DNA from: Candidatus Thalassarchaeaceae archaeon
Lineage (GTDB): Archaea; Thermoplasmatota; Poseidoniia; Poseidoniales; Thalassarchaeaceae
Direction of reading: 5' to 3'
Assembly: GCA_045568115.1 (NCBI GenBank)
Contig: JBJLBO010000005.1
Coordinates: forward strand, 249,048-313,047
DNA: 64,000 nt
A program made the position numbers and the translations under genes. The notes under the pieces are model-generated. The model searched no databases. It was given only the letters and a program-made list of their open reading frames with translations, and was not told where the DNA came from. Of this stretch, positions 1 to 9,444 are shown one piece after another; position 1 is the stretch's first letter, and each line of letters opens with the position of its first letter.

Positions 1-1218
1 GGAATTCGCTACGATGTTGGGCGTAGCGTATCTCTAGTTGAGGCGGAATCTAACTCCGAAAATATTGAGATTGTAAGATCTGCTGTTAGCGTCACTCGTG
101 ATGCCGCCCGAGCAATTAGTATTACAACTCTAGAAACATTACGAGAAGGTGCTAGATTTATGGGTGTCATTGGCCCTAGAGGAGAATTACTGAATCCCTT
201 CTCTCACCTTGATGCTGCTATTTGGTCAGAATCAGATGTCCCCGAATATTTGGTTGATGCAGCATATGATTACTGTGAAGAATTAACAAAAATTGAAGCC
301 GGAAATTTCTATCACTCATTCAAGTATTTACCAAAGGAAGCACTTCGCTCGATTTGTGCTTATTACGCATTCTGTCGAAGAGCAGATGATATTGCTGATG
401 GAGATTACGTTGATGAATTTCCTGGTGGTTCTTCAGAAGACCCTGAATCTGTTGAATATCGGACCGATATCGAGCGGCTAACAGGCTCCTCACCTGTAGT
501 TGAGCGTAGTTATTACGAAGATAAAATGTCTCAGTTATTCTATTACAGAAAGAAACTCTCTACTGCTTACTCACAGATAACCTCCACAGATCCTATTTTC
601 ATCGCACTTAAGGACACAATTCGTCGTTACAACATACCACGACAATTATTAGACGAGATGATTAGTGGTATGGAAGATGATTTGCATAGGAATCGTTACG
701 AAGATTTTGAGGAACTCTATTCCTATTGTTATCGAGTAGCCTCTACAGTAGGGCTCGTCTGCATTGAGATATATGGTTATGAAAATCATGCGGCTAGAGA
801 ATGTGCTGAGGCCTGGGGGATTTTCATGCAGATGACGAACATACTTCGTGATGTCGCAGAGGATTCTGAGAGAGATAGAATCTACCTCCCAATGGAAGAT
901 CTTCGTCGTTTTGGAATCACCGAGGAGGACGTTCACTCTGGAGTAGAATTACTAAATCACCCAGGATGGCAACCATTCGTTGAGGAATACATAACTAAGG
1001 CCGAATCATATCGTGATAAAGCATTCAGACTCTTACCAATGTTAGACAAGCAATCCAGATATTCACCTGCTGCAATGGTTGCTTTCTATAGTTCAATCCT
1101 AAAGAAAATAAGGAAGAAAAATGGAGATGTATTCACAGAAAGAATTCAACTTTCAAAGGCAGAGAAAATATCTCTAGCCGGATCAGTATACGTGCGCTAC
1201 CGCTTCCTTGCTCTTTGA
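1..1218 (+). CDS. Phytoene/squalene synthase family protein (CrtB/HpnD-like), 5' end truncated by window edge
   Basis: NFYHSF-x-YLP, YAFCRRADDIAD, YCYRVASTVG, QMTNILRDVAED, RIYLP motifs. The frame is open from base 1 to the ATG at 160 (GIRYDVGRSVSLVEAES...). Confidence 0.88.
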   Translation, partial: GIRYDVGRSVSLVEAESNSENIEIVRSAVSVTRDAARAISITTLETLREGARFMGVIGPRGELLNPFSHLDAAIWSESDVPEYLVDAAYDYCEELTKIEAGNFYHSFKYLPKEALRSICAYYAFCRRADDIADGDYVDEFPGGSSEDPESVEYRTDIERLTGSSPVVERSYYEDKMSQLFYYRKKLSTAYSQITSTDPIFIALKDTIRRYNIPRQLLDEMISGMEDDLHRNRYEDFEELYSYCYRVASTVGLVCIEIYGYENHAARECAEAWGIFMQMTNILRDVAEDSERDRIYLPMEDLRRFGITEEDVHSGVELLNHPGWQPFVEEYITKAESYRDKAFRLLPMLDKQSRYSPAAMVAFYSSILKKIRKKNGDVFTERIQLSKAEKISLAGSVYVRYRFLAL

Positions 1219-1287
1219 GCAAAAGGCGATTTGCTTTGGAAAGCCTCAAGGGAAGATTATCGAACGACAGAAACAGGAGGGAGATGG

Positions 1288-3066
1288 ATGAGGGTTGCTG
1301 TTCTACTTGAAGACCGCTGCCAACCAAAGAAATGCAACGCAGAATGCTGGGCATTTTGCCCTCCTGTTCGAAATGGGATAGAATGTATTGTTTTAGATGG
1401 TTCAAATGGTAAACCCGTAATTTCAGAACCTCTATGCATAGGCTGTGGGATTTGCGTTAATAAATGCCCATTTGATGCACTAATTATTACCAATCTCCCT
1501 GAAGAATTAGACGGAGAAATGACTCACCGATATGGTGAAAATGGCTTCCGTTTATTCCGATTACCGGCCCCTAGAGAAGAGCAAGTTGTTGGAATTCTCG
1601 GACCCAATGGAATGGGTAAATCCACTGCAATCAATTTGCTTTCAGGGGCGCTTAGACCGAATTTAGGCGACTGGACTATAGATTCCAAAGAATGGGATGA
1701 AATCATCGATTCTTTTCCCAGAGGGGAATTAAGAGATTATCTGCAGACTGTAGCAGACGAAGGTGTGAAAATAGCGGTAAAACCTCAATATATCGATAAG
1801 TTACCAAAGATTTTCGATGGTAAAGCTCGTGAATTACTAGAACGAGTTGATGATCGTGATGAATTACAACATTATGCTGAATTATTAGCAATTGATCATA
1901 TCCTTGACAGAACATTGACTCAACTCTCAGGAGGAGAGTTGCAAAGAGTAGCAATGGCTGCTACTTTACTAAAGGAGGCTGATGTTTACTTCTTTGACGA
2001 GCCTTCTTCATATCTAGACATTCACGAACGTATGCGTGTAGTTCGAATAATACAGGGCCTAGTCGAAAGAGGCAAGAGAATTCTAGTTATTGAACACGAT
2101 TTGGCTATTCTTGATGTTCTATGTGATCTGCTGCATGTTGTATATGGAGAGCGTGCTGCATTCGGAATCTTTACTCCTGCACGCTCAACAAGAACTGCGA
2201 TCAATGCATACCTCGATGGTTTCCTTCCTGAAGAAAATGTTCGTATTCGCGATAAACCAATTCAATTCCTGCGAGGAAGAGTCAGAGGAGAGGAAATTGG
2301 GTCGCCAATTCTATCATGGGGAGATATGGAAAAAACTCTCGGCGAATTCCATCTGAAGACTGGTCAGGGAGAAGTCCGTAGTGCTGAAGTTGTGGGCGTA
2401 GTTGGCCCTAACGCCACTGGAAAGACAACGATGGTCAAGATGATTGCTGGTGAATTTGAACCAGATCAAGGTTGGTGCACTATGGAAGCCTCTGTATCAT
2501 ACAAGCCACAACATGTCAGAACAGACTTTGATGGTTCTGTACAGGATTGGCTTGATACTGAGTTAGGTGTTAAGTGGCGTAGTGGGGAATTCCACACGCA
2601 AGTAATTCGTCCATTACAAGTCGATCAATTACTGGAGCTACGTGCAAAGAAACTCTCTGGTGGTGAATTACAGGCAGTTAGCATTGCTATCTGCCTAGGC
2701 AAAGAAGCCGACCTCTATCTCTTGGATGAACCTAGCGCGCACCTAGATGCAAATGCACGAATGGAGGCTGCTAAGGCTATTCGTCGAACTATGGAAAGTA
2801 ATGAGAAAGCAGCAATGGTGATTGATCACGACATTTACTTCATCGACATTGTTAGTGATTCACTGCTAGTCTTTGATGGACAAGGTGGTTCACACGGAAA
2901 TGCAGTAGGCCCCATGTCTCTACGCAAAGGGATGAACCGATTCCTAGAAGATGTAGATGTGACCTTCCGCCGAGACCATGAATCACATAGACCACGCATC
3001 AATAAATTAGGAAGTAGGAAAGATAGGGAACAGAAAACTAGCGGTGAATATTTCTACATTGAATGA
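1288..3066 (+). CDS. ABCE1/RLI ribosome recycling ATPase
   Basis: N-terminal 2x[4Fe-4S] domain (CQPKKC...C..FCP; [12 protein letters not shown]), two ABC domains, C-terminal HRPRINK. GGAGG precedes the ATG at 1288. Confidence 0.97.
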   Translation: MRVAVLLEDRCQPKKCNAECWAFCPPVRNGIECIVLDGSNGKPVISEPLCIGCGICVNKCPFDALIITNLPEELDGEMTHRYGENGFRLFRLPAPREEQVVGILGPNGMGKSTAINLLSGALRPNLGDWTIDSKEWDEIIDSFPRGELRDYLQTVADEGVKIAVKPQYIDKLPKIFDGKARELLERVDDRDELQHYAELLAIDHILDRTLTQLSGGELQRVAMAATLLKEADVYFFDEPSSYLDIHERMRVVRIIQGLVERGKRILVIEHDLAILDVLCDLLHVVYGERAAFGIFTPARSTRTAINAYLDGFLPEENVRIRDKPIQFLRGRVRGEEIGSPILSWGDMEKTLGEFHLKTGQGEVRSAEVVGVVGPNATGKTTMVKMIAGEFEPDQGWCTMEASVSYKPQHVRTDFDGSVQDWLDTELGVKWRSGEFHTQVIRPLQVDQLLELRAKKLSGGELQAVSIAICLGKEADLYLLDEPSAHLDANARMEAAKAIRRTMESNEKAAMVIDHDIYFIDIVSDSLLVFDGQGGSHGNAVGPMSLRKGMNRFLEDVDVTFRRDHESHRPRINKLGSRKDREQKTSGEYFYIE

Positions 3067-3118
3067 GTAAGTGGAAACAACTTCGACCATTGGATTCTTG
3101 AAGGGTGCTTAGAACCCA

Positions 3119-3631
3119 ATGCTCGTGTCGCACGACGAGGTTGATGCACCCGATGAGGTGAAAGAAGAAGTTGAGGCGATAGTAGAAGACCCCTTGACAA
3201 TACTTGAAGATCGAGTTCAGGAACTAATGAGTGACTTGCAATACGCTCATGCCGAGACAATGAATGCACGACAGCGCGGACAGAGAGACAAGTCTGAAGC
3301 GATTAAATTTGGAGCAACAAATCTAGCAAACCGGATTCTTCCGGCAATTGACAGCCTAGAGAAGGCTTTACTGAATGGAAATGGAGATTCTGAATCCATT
3401 CTAGAAGGAGTTAGAATGACTCTCTCGGCATTAAACAGCGCTTTAGAAGCAGAAGGAATATCAAAAGTCGAATCAATGGGGATTGAATTCGACCCCACTC
3501 GAATGGAGGCAGTCGCAACAGTGTCTGCACCAGATGGAGAAAAATCAGGCACTGTAATTGAAGAAATTGAAGCAGGATACATGCATCATGACCGTGTGCT
3601 TAGGCCGGCAAAAGTGATTGTTGTATCCTAA
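3119..3631 (+). CDS. grpE: Nucleotide exchange factor GrpE
   Basis: AE-x-x-N-x-R-x-R, ILPAIDSLEKAL, FDP, GY-x-x-HDRVLRPAKV motifs. Alternative GTG start at 3125. Confidence 0.93.
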   Translation: MLVSHDEVDAPDEVKEEVEAIVEDPLTILEDRVQELMSDLQYAHAETMNARQRGQRDKSEAIKFGATNLANRILPAIDSLEKALLNGNGDSESILEGVRMTLSALNSALEAEGISKVESMGIEFDPTRMEAVATVSAPDGEKSGTVIEEIEAGYMHHDRVLRPAKVIVVS

Positions 3632-3678
3632 GAACTGAATAAAGAAGTTCATTAGTTTGACCGATTTCGAAAAAAAAC

Positions 3679-5745
3679 ATGAACCCACGATTGAAAAAGA
3701 ACCTTGCAATAATTCTGACACTCTCTATGCTACTTTCAGGTTGCACAAGTACGGAACCTGAACCTACTCCCGAACCAGAGGAAATTGCTGGTTGTATGAA
3801 CTTAGATGCTTCAAACTACAATCCAGAGGCAACAATATCAGATGATTCATGCTTATACCCTGAACCTGAACAAGAAGTTCTCTCAATACCTAACAATAAT
3901 GTATGTGATAATACAAATCCTGATCACTGCCTACTACCATTCCCATCTGGTGCTTTTCTAGTTGAAGATGAATCAACAGTTACAGGATTTAGAATGAGTA
4001 TATCAGGTGAGGCAATTCCAGATTCTATTTTTGCAACATCTGAGGAATTTTCTATAATTAACTCAAGAGATGGCAACTCTCCCGCTACACAGATTTTTAC
4101 AACTTTCTCAAGTTTACCAAGCACATCCAATCTTGCCTCACAGGATGACATTTCCATATCACTTGAGGAAAATCATGGTTCAGTGCTTTTGAACATGGAT
4201 ACGGGCGAGATTGTAGAGCACTGGATTGAAGTCTCAGCAAGAACTCAGGAAGGAGAAAAAACTCTTGTCCACCTTCGTACTACTAGAGGTCTTGAGCATG
4301 ATACACAGTATGCTGTGGCTTTTCGCGGATTAATGGATGTTGATGGAAATTCGATAGAATCTTTTGATGCATTTAGAGCACTTAGAGATGACATTGTGAC
4401 TGATTCATCTCAAATTGAAAATAGTAGAGGAGGATTTGAAACAATGTTTTCAGCACTTTCAGAAGTTGGCTTCGAAAGAGCCTCACTTCAGTCGGCTTGG
4501 TGGTTTCATACCTCATCAACAGAATCAATCACTAGAGATATTCTTTCCATGCGTGACGACGCAAACCAGCGATTAGGAGATGGAGGCATTAGCTGCAGTA
4601 TCACTTCAGTTGAGGAAAATCATGGAGGCGATAACAGCACATTCAAGATAATAAAAGGTACAATCACTACTCCACATTATCTAGAAGAAGTTAATCCTCC
4701 AACTCCAATGAAAAGGGATGAAAATGGATTGCCTCAGTTTAACTTCAATACAGAGGTAGTTTTCACATTATCAATTCCTCAATCTGCTGCAGATTCAAAT
4801 CAATCTGCACCTCTAATTGTACTTGGACATGGTTTCCTTGGGAATGGAGAGGGCATGGTCTCTGGGTTTAGAGGATGGGCAAACCAAACTGGATTTGCGA
4901 CTATTGGGACTGACTTCAAAGGATGGAGTTCAGATGGTGATTTTGATGCAGTAACATTTGGACTGATGAATGTAAATTATCTTCAACATCAGGCAGAGAG
5001 ACTTCAACAATCAGTAATTAATCATCTAGCAATGGTCAGAACTATTCAAGGAGTCTGTTCAGATTTAGATGAGTTCTATCATGATGGAACCAATCTTGTT
5101 GACTCAAGTAATATTGATTACATGGGAGTATCACTTGGAGGAATTAGAGGACCTTCTATGCTTTCATTAATTCCTGAAATGGATAGAGGAGTACTCTGGG
5201 TAGCAGGGTCATCATTCAGTTTTATTGCAGAGAGATCAACACAATATACACAATTTGAGGAATTGTTTGCAGTTTCATATACTTCAACAATGGATAGGTC
5301 TATTCTACTTTCATTGATGCAATCTATGTGGGATACCACCGAACCAGAGACTTACCTTCCTTTCACAGATGGTGGGCTAAACGGGAACTTGCACCCCTAT
5401 GAATTGCTATACATCGTTTCTATTAATGATGCACAAGTAACTACACTTTCTGCAGACAGAGCATCTAGAACTTCAGATATTCCTGTATTGGCTAACTCTA
5501 CATACCACCCTCATGGATTACAAGTAAGTCAAGCACCAATAGCCGGTTCTGCAATAGTTTACTTTGATGGAGAATTCCCTGAGGTTCCATCCGGCAATAT
5601 CCAAGGGCCAATGGAATACCATTCATTAGCACATAATCAAGTATTATGGCAAGAAGCGGCTGTCGCTCTAGCAAATGAATATCTAACTTCAGGTTCAATC
5701 ACAGACACATGTGAAGGTGAATGTTATTTTGAAGGAACTTGGTGA
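3679..5745 (+). CDS. Secreted lipoprotein, alpha/beta-hydrolase (extracellular lipase/esterase-like)
   Basis: Signal peptide with lipobox LLSGC, CLLPFPS motif, GHG oxyanion motif, GVSLGG nucleophile elbow, candidate Asp (NDAQV) and His (LAHN). Confidence 0.75.
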   Translation: MNPRLKKNLAIILTLSMLLSGCTSTEPEPTPEPEEIAGCMNLDASNYNPEATISDDSCLYPEPEQEVLSIPNNNVCDNTNPDHCLLPFPSGAFLVEDESTVTGFRMSISGEAIPDSIFATSEEFSIINSRDGNSPATQIFTTFSSLPSTSNLASQDDISISLEENHGSVLLNMDTGEIVEHWIEVSARTQEGEKTLVHLRTTRGLEHDTQYAVAFRGLMDVDGNSIESFDAFRALRDDIVTDSSQIENSRGGFETMFSALSEVGFERASLQSAWWFHTSSTESITRDILSMRDDANQRLGDGGISCSITSVEENHGGDNSTFKIIKGTITTPHYLEEVNPPTPMKRDENGLPQFNFNTEVVFTLSIPQSAADSNQSAPLIVLGHGFLGNGEGMVSGFRGWANQTGFATIGTDFKGWSSDGDFDAVTFGLMNVNYLQHQAERLQQSVINHLAMVRTIQGVCSDLDEFYHDGTNLVDSSNIDYMGVSLGGIRGPSMLSLIPEMDRGVLWVAGSSFSFIAERSTQYTQFEELFAVSYTSTMDRSILLSLMQSMWDTTEPETYLPFTDGGLNGNLHPYELLYIVSINDAQVTTLSADRASRTSDIPVLANSTYHPHGLQVSQAPIAGSAIVYFDGEFPEVPSGNIQGPMEYHSLAHNQVLWQEAAVALANEYLTSGSITDTCEGECYFEGTW

Positions 5746-6360
5746 TTAGCCGACTGGTTCTCCACCTTCTCCAAGGAAAGCTAGACGGTGAAGCCCATTT
5801 GTTTCAATCAGGTGCTCCAACACAACTGTAGGGATGAGGGATCCAAGCACCTCCCTAATTGCTTCATCATTAGCAATAGTACTGAGCATGCGAGCAGTTT
5901 CACGAACTCTCCAGCCCTCAAATCTCTCACGCTGTTCAAGAGGATTTAGGATGACGTCCCAATCAGAAGCACGATAGAGTTCTTTTGTACCAAGGTCAGT
6001 AGTAACCAATACCCCACTAGAACCATGGTACTGCTCTGCATGACTTACCCAATTTGGAGGGTCTTCAATATCGGGTATTGGACAAATGAGGATGTTAGTA
6101 ATTTCATTACTTTCAGCCCATTTTTCAATCATTGTAGACCTCTCATCTGCAGACCACGGATTGGTCAATGACTGCGGCCGATTAGATGAACCAATACAGA
6201 TTATCAAAGTTAAATCGGGATGATTTGAATCACGATAATCGGCTGCTGAATTCAAGAGGATTTCATGCCCAAAATGTAGAGGTTGGAATCTTCCAATAAC
6301 GACTACACCAGAATTAGGTGCATTGGTAGGAGGATTTGGAATCATTGGCAAGTCTGTCAT
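5746..6360 (-). CDS. nadM: Nicotinamide-nucleotide adenylyltransferase (NadM type)
   Basis: GRFQPLHFGH, IGSS, NPWSADER motifs. ATG at 6360 overlaps the upstream stop (ATGA). Confidence 0.85.
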   Translation of the reverse strand: MTDLPMIPNPPTNAPNSGVVVIGRFQPLHFGHEILLNSAADYRDSNHPDLTLIICIGSSNRPQSLTNPWSADERSTMIEKWAESNEITNILICPIPDIEDPPNWVSHAEQYHGSSGVLVTTDLGTKELYRASDWDVILNPLEQRERFEGWRVRETARMLSTIANDEAIREVLGSLIPTVVLEHLIETNGLHRLAFLGEGGEPVG

Positions 6361-6998
6361 TGTACCACACCCTCTAGGGTAATACCCTCTAAATTCCATG
6401 ACTCAGGTTCAAGATATTCTCTGCCAATCATTAGCATCATTTGATTATCCCGAGAAAGTTCTATGAAATCATATAATGAACTTGTCAAGGACTTATGAGA
6501 TTCCATTGTAGGAAGAATTCGAGGATCTTCATCTGGATTCAAGGTTTCACCCAATTCTTGTCGTCTCCTCATCCAATCTAATACAACTGATTCTGAAAAA
6601 GACTCACCATCTATAGAATTCAACGCGGTTGAAAATGAGTCCCACAATGAAGTCGAAAGAAATTCATCAACATTCTCTACTGAATTTTGAATCGTAGGCT
6701 CAATGTAAAGGAACAATCTTCCATCCCAACAGCGCCATTCCGCTACACTAGACCAATTAGCTAGGATAAGTAGCGATTCGGAATCGAGTTCGGAATCTTT
6801 GGCTGAATCCGCCCACTCAAGAAAATCCCCCTCAATATCTACATCGAATCCACGATGAAAGCGGGAATTACCAGCGGGGCGGCTAGTTCGTAGATCACCA
6901 CTTTCGAAGCCCCAGACCAATTGTTCAACCGACATTGCTGAAAGTCTTCTGAAGGTATCTCGGTCAACAAGCCGCAATATCACTTCAGCCAACCTCAC
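6357..6998 (-). CDS. Hypothetical protein, translationally coupled to nadM
   Basis: 213-aa acidic ORF with 4-nt overlap with nadM; no recognised motif. Confidence 0.7.
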   Translation of the reverse strand: MRLAEVILRLVDRDTFRRLSAMSVEQLVWGFESGDLRTSRPAGNSRFHRGFDVDIEGDFLEWADSAKDSELDSESLLILANWSSVAEWRCWDGRLFLYIEPTIQNSVENVDEFLSTSLWDSFSTALNSIDGESFSESVVLDWMRRRQELGETLNPDEDPRILPTMESHKSLTSSLYDFIELSRDNQMMLMIGREYLEPESWNLEGITLEGVVQ

Positions 6999-7056
6999 CC
7001 CTCCAAAAGACCCTGTGCTTAGCCCTCGATTAACATATCACACCATCATCTAGCCA

Positions 7057-7401
7057 CTAAACTAAGCATGAATCGAGCAATGCTGCAACATGTTCAATCG
7101 CTTCATCGTCTTCTGAACGGAAATGGAATGTGCATTTACCACTCTTTCGCCGAGTGAGAATCTCAGGTACGTCATCCATTAAATGTAGATTATGATATAA
7201 TGAATTCAGATACAAAGATACGTGACGTCGCTGAATACATATTGCGAGAAATGGAGTAAATTGAGACTTTGTTTGAAATTTGACTAATTTGTAATATCCC
7301 GGTTCGTCCGTGTGTAAATCAAGAACCTCTTCATGACGCATAGCAATATGTCGAAGTCTCTCCCAGAGGGGGAGATGAGCCGGATTTTTTACCCACTCCA
7401 T
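7057..7401 (-). CDS. Small DUF1801/YdhG-like protein
   Basis: HVSLYL...RKSGKCTFHF resembles the DUF1801 C-terminal pattern. Confidence 0.55.
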   Translation of the reverse strand: MEWVKNPAHLPLWERLRHIAMRHEEVLDLHTDEPGYYKLVKFQTKSQFTPFLAICIQRRHVSLYLNSLYHNLHLMDDVPEILTRRKSGKCTFHFRSEDDEAIEHVAALLDSCLV

Positions 7402-7524
7402 AAATCCGTCGAGACTGCACTAAGATACAACGCTTCCCACTCTTGACTATCAATCACTACATCGGGTTGAAGAACTCTAGGCCGACGCATCGGAATGTCC
7501 CAGCACGGGGTCGGAGAGATTGTT

Positions 7525-8640
7525 ATGGCAACCATCGAGGAGCAGATTAAAGCCCTCGAAGAAGAAATTTCCAAGACCAAGTACAACAAGGCCACACAAG
7601 GCCACATTGGCAAACTGAAGGCTAAGATTGCTGCCCTAAGGGAACGTAGAGAGAAGGCTCAAGCACACGCTAAATCTAGCGGAGGCGGGCCGGGTTTTGA
7701 AGTAAAAAAATCAGGAGATGCATCGGTTGCACTAGTCGGATTTCCGAGTGTTGGTAAATCGAGTCTTATTTCTCAATTAACCGATGTAGAGTCAGATACC
7801 GGTAATTTCGAATTCACCACACTAACCTGTATACCTGGAGTTCTACACCATCGTGGAGCTACCATTCAGATTCTTGATTTGCCTGGACTCATTAAGGGAG
7901 CTTCGGAAGGTAAAGGTCGAGGAAGAGAAATTCTCAATGTAATTCGTAGTTGTGATATGGTACTCTATGTTGTTGATCCGTTCCAAGAATCTCATTTCGA
8001 CATTCTAGATTTAGAATTATGGAAAGCGGGAATGAGACTGAATCAACAAAAGCCGCAAGTCTTCATTGATCGCACAGAACGAGGAGGAGTGGTTGTTAGA
8101 TCTACGCTTGAACAAACTAATCTTACCGAAGAGGAAATTCAAGCAATTATTCGAAGTTTTGGGATTGTCTCAGCAAATGTCACTTTACGAACTGATGTAA
8201 CTGATGATAACATTGTAGATACTTTAGCAGGCAACCGTGTTTATTCCGATGCAGTTGTTGTTCTGAACAAAATTGACCTTGCAACAAAAAAAGACCTGAA
8301 GAAAGCAAATGATATGCTTCCAGAAAATTGGCCAATTCTTCCTGTATCTGCAAAAACAGGAGAAGGAATTGAAGAAATGAAAGATTTTATCTTCAATAAT
8401 CTACATTTTATGTCGATATATCTCAAACCTCAAGGACAAGAAGCAGACCTCATAGAACCATTGATTATCAAAGATACATCAACCGTTCGAAATGTATGCC
8501 AGAAACTACATCGAGATTTTGTTAGAAAATTCAGATATGCAAGAGTAAAAGGGCCAAGTGCAAAGTTTGACTGGCAGCGAGTAGGATTGGATCATCGTCT
8601 GAAAGATGGTGATTTGTTATCGGTAATTGTGCGCAGGTGA
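7525..8640 (+). CDS. DRG/RBG family OBG-type GTPase with TGS domain
   Basis: KYNKAT-x-x-HIGKLKAK, GFPSVGKS, FTT, DLPG, NKID motifs and C-terminal TGS domain. Alternative start at 7495. Confidence 0.95.
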   Translation: MATIEEQIKALEEEISKTKYNKATQGHIGKLKAKIAALRERREKAQAHAKSSGGGPGFEVKKSGDASVALVGFPSVGKSSLISQLTDVESDTGNFEFTTLTCIPGVLHHRGATIQILDLPGLIKGASEGKGRGREILNVIRSCDMVLYVVDPFQESHFDILDLELWKAGMRLNQQKPQVFIDRTERGGVVVRSTLEQTNLTEEEIQAIIRSFGIVSANVTLRTDVTDDNIVDTLAGNRVYSDAVVVLNKIDLATKKDLKKANDMLPENWPILPVSAKTGEGIEEMKDFIFNNLHFMSIYLKPQGQEADLIEPLIIKDTSTVRNVCQKLHRDFVRKFRYARVKGPSAKFDWQRVGLDHRLKDGDLLSVIVRR

Positions 8641-8680
8641 GAAGCGATGTATTCACCAATGGGTGCATACACCGAGACCC

Positions 8681-9442
8681 ATGGGCGAATCCGGAGACCT
8701 ACTGCCAAGAGCAGAGATTCGCGCCATTTTTTCCCATCTTCGAGGTAGGTTTCAACTCCTTCTCTCAATGTTCCTAATTGGATTCATAGTAGGATACCCC
8801 ATAGCAGAATATGCGATTGAGTGGCTGCTTGATGCTGAGGGGTATAGGCCGGTTGGAGTGGAGATAATCGTATTACAACCTATGGAGATTATTCTTCTAA
8901 AATTAAGAATCGCAAGCCAAATTGGTATTGCAATTTTTCTAATCACATTAATCTCCGATTTAGCTTGGAATGGTCGAAGGATAATTTCTGAGGGAAAACG
9001 TGTTGTGACTGAAAATTCAAGAGGTGGTTTTGCTAGATTCGTGATGGCTCTATTGACTATGCTTCTACTTGGAGGACTTGGATTATTCTACGCCCACATC
9101 ATTCTCATACCGTTCCTTCTCGATTATCTAGCCGCAGATGCAGGAGCTGCTGGGTTAGATTCAACATGGCAATTACGTTCATGGATTGGTTTCATTCTAG
9201 GACTATACATTGGTTCGGCACTCAGTTTTCAAGTTCCACTAGTGGCTGTAATGTTAGTTAGAACTGGCGTAGTTAATCGCTCTGCATTCACTGATAATCG
9301 AGGATTCCTATGGTTTGCAGCATTTGCAATAGGCGCTTTCCTCTCCCCACCAGATCCACTCTCTATGTTCCTCGTAGGAGGACCTATGCTAGTTCTTCTT
9401 GAACTAGCACTTCTGATTGAGAGAACCGTTTGGAAATCGTAA
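8681..9442 (+). CDS. tatC: Twin-arginine translocase subunit TatC
   Basis: HLRGR, FQVP, SPPDPLSM motifs and about 6 TM segments. Confidence 0.85.
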   Translation: MGESGDLLPRAEIRAIFSHLRGRFQLLLSMFLIGFIVGYPIAEYAIEWLLDAEGYRPVGVEIIVLQPMEIILLKLRIASQIGIAIFLITLISDLAWNGRRIISEGKRVVTENSRGGFARFVMALLTMLLLGGLGLFYAHIILIPFLLDYLAADAGAAGLDSTWQLRSWIGFILGLYIGSALSFQVPLVAVMLVRTGVVNRSAFTDNRGFLWFAAFAIGAFLSPPDPLSMFLVGGPMLVLLELALLIERTVWKS

Positions 9443-9444
9443 TC

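Noticed and set aside
1231-1287. TTG-initiated extension of ABCE1
   Set aside because: The ATG at 1288 has an SD and matches the canonical N-terminus (MRVAV).
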